NCBI GenBank assembly: GCA_039815185.1
Contig: JBCBZT010000002.1
Span: forward strand, 191,891 to 255,890
Source: Cyanobacteria bacterium P01_A01_bin.123
GTDB lineage: Bacteria; Cyanobacteriota; Cyanobacteriia; Phormidesmidales; Phormidesmidaceae
DNA: 64,000 nt
Direction: 5' to 3'
Positions 62,901-64,000 of the stretch are shown here, piece after piece (positions within the stretch are counted from its first letter, which is position 1; each line of letters begins with the position of its first letter). Below the pieces are notes generated by a model. It searched no databases and was not told the origin of the DNA. It worked only from the letters and a program-made list of their open reading frames with translations. Made by a program: the position numbers and the translations under genes.

Positions 62901-63463
62901 ATAACTACGAAATCTGGCAAGCAGCTATTCAAAAACAAGCACAGGTCAATCTAGAAAAACAGATAGCTAAACCTTTACCCGATGGCCTACTTGCCAAAAT
63001 TGATCAAACCACTCAAGCAATTCATCGTAGGACGGAGAAAATGGCCAATGAACCCAAAAATGACTTCAGCAATGCCACCTTCAATGCACCAGTAAACTTT
63101 GGCGATCAACCTAGAGGTGACTTCATCGGCACTCAAAATAACGACTCACCCGCTCCAGAAGTGCAAAGGGCAATTGCAGAGTTGCAAACCCTACTTAATC
63201 AGCTCACAACCCAGCACCCTACTATCACTGATGAAGTAGAAGCGCTTGCTATCATCGACGCTGAATTCACTGAAATCAAACAGTCTCCCAGCCATCGGTT
63301 CGCAACCCTCCGTCAGAAACTCCTCAACCCAGAACGCCATGCCCAAGCAATAAAAGCCACACTCGAAGAAATGGTAAAGCATTATCTTGAAGAAACTATT
63401 CTAGGCAAATCAATTATTACTTATCTCGCCAAAATGAGTGAAAAACCTAACCACGGAGCCTGA
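59939..63463 (+). CDS. NLR-like protein: EAD10-like module, NACHT, HEAT repeats and a helical tail
   Basis: Walker A GRPGSGKS, Walker B LLLIDGLNE, TPLLL, FRHQMIQEYYAA and repeated VR..A..ALG.L units. Confidence 0.92.
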   Translation: MRDLLLSIIQRIASSDGSEADFEALRQALRSDEGRSLLQEGKYNVHIGEGQDIHVGDRTYIEINDEAIRAIAAEIQRRSREVDRLSLEQLDFQVYLRSLVETYQEWWQRYTLTEAIGRSQQKEEKTECDRPVFDFGLVVQTVQKETETSEAGRPEEQDKDKIERLPVLEGIRKYADDHVLLMGRPGSGKSTALIRLLLEVAALTPNPSPKLGRGELEWIPVLVELRYWESSILGRIRAFLCKHDPNLMLDDETLKTLLRQGRFLLLIDGLNELPSEAARRDVARFEKDFSQAPMIFTTRELSLGGELGLGKKLEMQPLTEAQIRQFVSNYLGQERSEKLLGQLQNRLRELGQTPLLLAMLCSIFTSEQALPTNLGEVFRQFTQFYEQRLKGDVPDPYEHRDDWAKLLQCLAFAMMQGPDPQQKPTELSVAIPQDQAERVLTDFLREREPYPAKVAERCLRDLLKHHLIQTNGEQIEFRHQMIQEYYAAEYLLRLLPELSDDQLKQAYLNYLKWTESIALMLALETREEQALHVVKLAIDVDFILGAKLAGAVQLDLQLKSIAILNSLKLLRERKLFLMKRNYSVELPKWLRIQLLEETKSAESFSVLRKFLQDSEPLIRISAARALGRLGDKGAEPQLIELQRDPNHNVRQVAESELWRIESEVVLPQKAFEDMSKLLTLKSKANKNFLKNPDDQIQNGKNQWILDLKGALQSSEAITRRYAVYEIDRQRFSEVVPELLEMTDDPDIEVRRQIAIAIGNLCDSSFAPKLLEMLDDSDINVLVNACEALGKLGNKIATPNLIKILEENPDFWVRRHIVKVLGNLADQRAVPHLITCLHKDESPRVRWQAAIALANLEIYEAVPTLKEGLNNLDSDMRVDAIKALSNFQSLEVQRLALHTLKDLDLDLVVRSFSEDLLIKIGDKRIVPSIIDLILNSNPDVSWSAVKVLRKLDVSLTTKFLPRLRQLLHLNIGEQAFNLSRSIQSSCKFYNYEIWQAAIQKQAQVNLEKQIAKPLPDGLLAKIDQTTQAIHRRTEKMANEPKNDFSNATFNAPVNFGDQPRGDFIGTQNNDSPAPEVQRAIAELQTLLNQLTTQHPTITDEVEALAIIDAEFTEIKQSPSHRFATLRQKLLNPERHAQAIKATLEEMVKHYLEETILGKSIITYLAKMSEKPNHGA
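60543..60583. repeat. Small dispersed palindromic repeat inserted in frame in the NACHT gene
   Basis: CCCTCACCCCCAA followed by the perfect 26-bp palindrome CCCCTCTCCCAAGCTTGGGAGAGGGG; encodes LTPNPSPKLGRGE. Confidence 0.75.
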
Positions 63464-63466
63464 ATC

Positions 63467-63703
63467 ATGCAAATTACAATTGATTTACCAGACGAAATCC
63501 AAATGACAGCAACTGACTTGCGCACAGAGTTAGCTGTTGCCCTCTTTCAGCAAGAACGAATTACTTTAGGCACTGCCAGCCAAATCGCTGGACTCCATCA
63601 AATTGAATTTCAACGTCTGATTGCTAGCCGCGGCATCTACATCCACTACGATGTTCAAGATCTTGAACAAGATCTCTCCAGCTTGCGCCAGGATGGTTGG
63701 TAA
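63467..63703 (+). CDS. UPF0175 family protein (putative antitoxin)
   Basis: ELAVALFQQERITLGTASQIAGL...FQRLIASRGI..HYDVQDLEQDL. Confidence 0.88.
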   Translation: MQITIDLPDEIQMTATDLRTELAVALFQQERITLGTASQIAGLHQIEFQRLIASRGIYIHYDVQDLEQDLSSLRQDGW

Positions 63704-63873
63704 TGAATGTGGTCAGCAATACTTCTCCTTTATGTAATCTGGCCGTAATTGATGAGATTAGCCTCTTACAACAGATTTATCCGAAAATTCTGATTCCGCC
63801 AATTGTGCAAGCTGAATTGATGCAGTCCCCAGAGATTCAATCTATTATCAGGTCACTATGTAGGGCTCGCTGA
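63703..63873 (+). pseudogene. DUF3368/PIN-like toxin gene truncated by an IS
   Basis: MNVVSNTSPLCNLAVI...LIPPIVQAEL, then runs into the IS end and stops. Confidence 0.8.
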
Positions 63874-64000
63874 AAAAGTCACTTTTGACGATTTTGTGAA
63901 ACGGTAGCGCGATCAGACGTGTCCGGCAGACAGTGGTTAAGGTCATGCTTTGGCGAAGGTGTGACGGCCTTGCCAGGGAGCGACCGTAAGTCGCCAAAAA
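63861..64000 (-). mobile_element. Terminus of an IS5-family element continuing past the window
   Basis: TAGGGCTCGCTGAAAAAGTC resembles cyanobacterial IS5 ends and coincides with the truncation point; no transposase is visible in the window. Confidence 0.6.

Overview
Cyanobacterial chromosome segment: HIP1 GCGATCGC is abundant, and it carries beta-carboxysome and NDH-1(4) genes. 1-19 kb is mostly core: gyrB (runs off the left edge), miaA, ccmK2-K1-L-M-N-O divergent from ndhF4-ndhD4-cupB, a class I DAHP synthase, CP12 and a FIST protein. 19-55 kb is an accessory mosaic: a YehL/M/P-like MoxR-VWA operon, a frameshifted LRR-kinase, two paralogous GAF-like/LuxR regulators sharing a 17-bp upstream motif (one facing a DJ-1/PfpI cassette bounded by IS702-like ends, the other facing cowN), a class D beta-lactamase, a membrane-anchored coiled-coil protein ending in a LigA-type BRCT domain, an Acr1-like SDR plus acyl-CoA synthetase, an orphan solute-binding protein plus Cache histidine kinase between direct repeats, a GH10-like islet flanked by HIP1-containing repeats, and a GntR operon. 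After uvrA lies a probable conflict/defence cluster: an HsdR-N-like nuclease, two adjacent genes sharing an EAD10-like N-terminal module (an unknown protein and a NACHT-HEAT NLR-like protein whose HEAT block is compositionally foreign), and a UPF0175/DUF3368 pair cut by an IS5-like end. A ~74-bp hairpin repeat occurs four times. No rRNA, tRNA or CRISPR array was seen. Family names come from motif recognition by eye, not from database searches.
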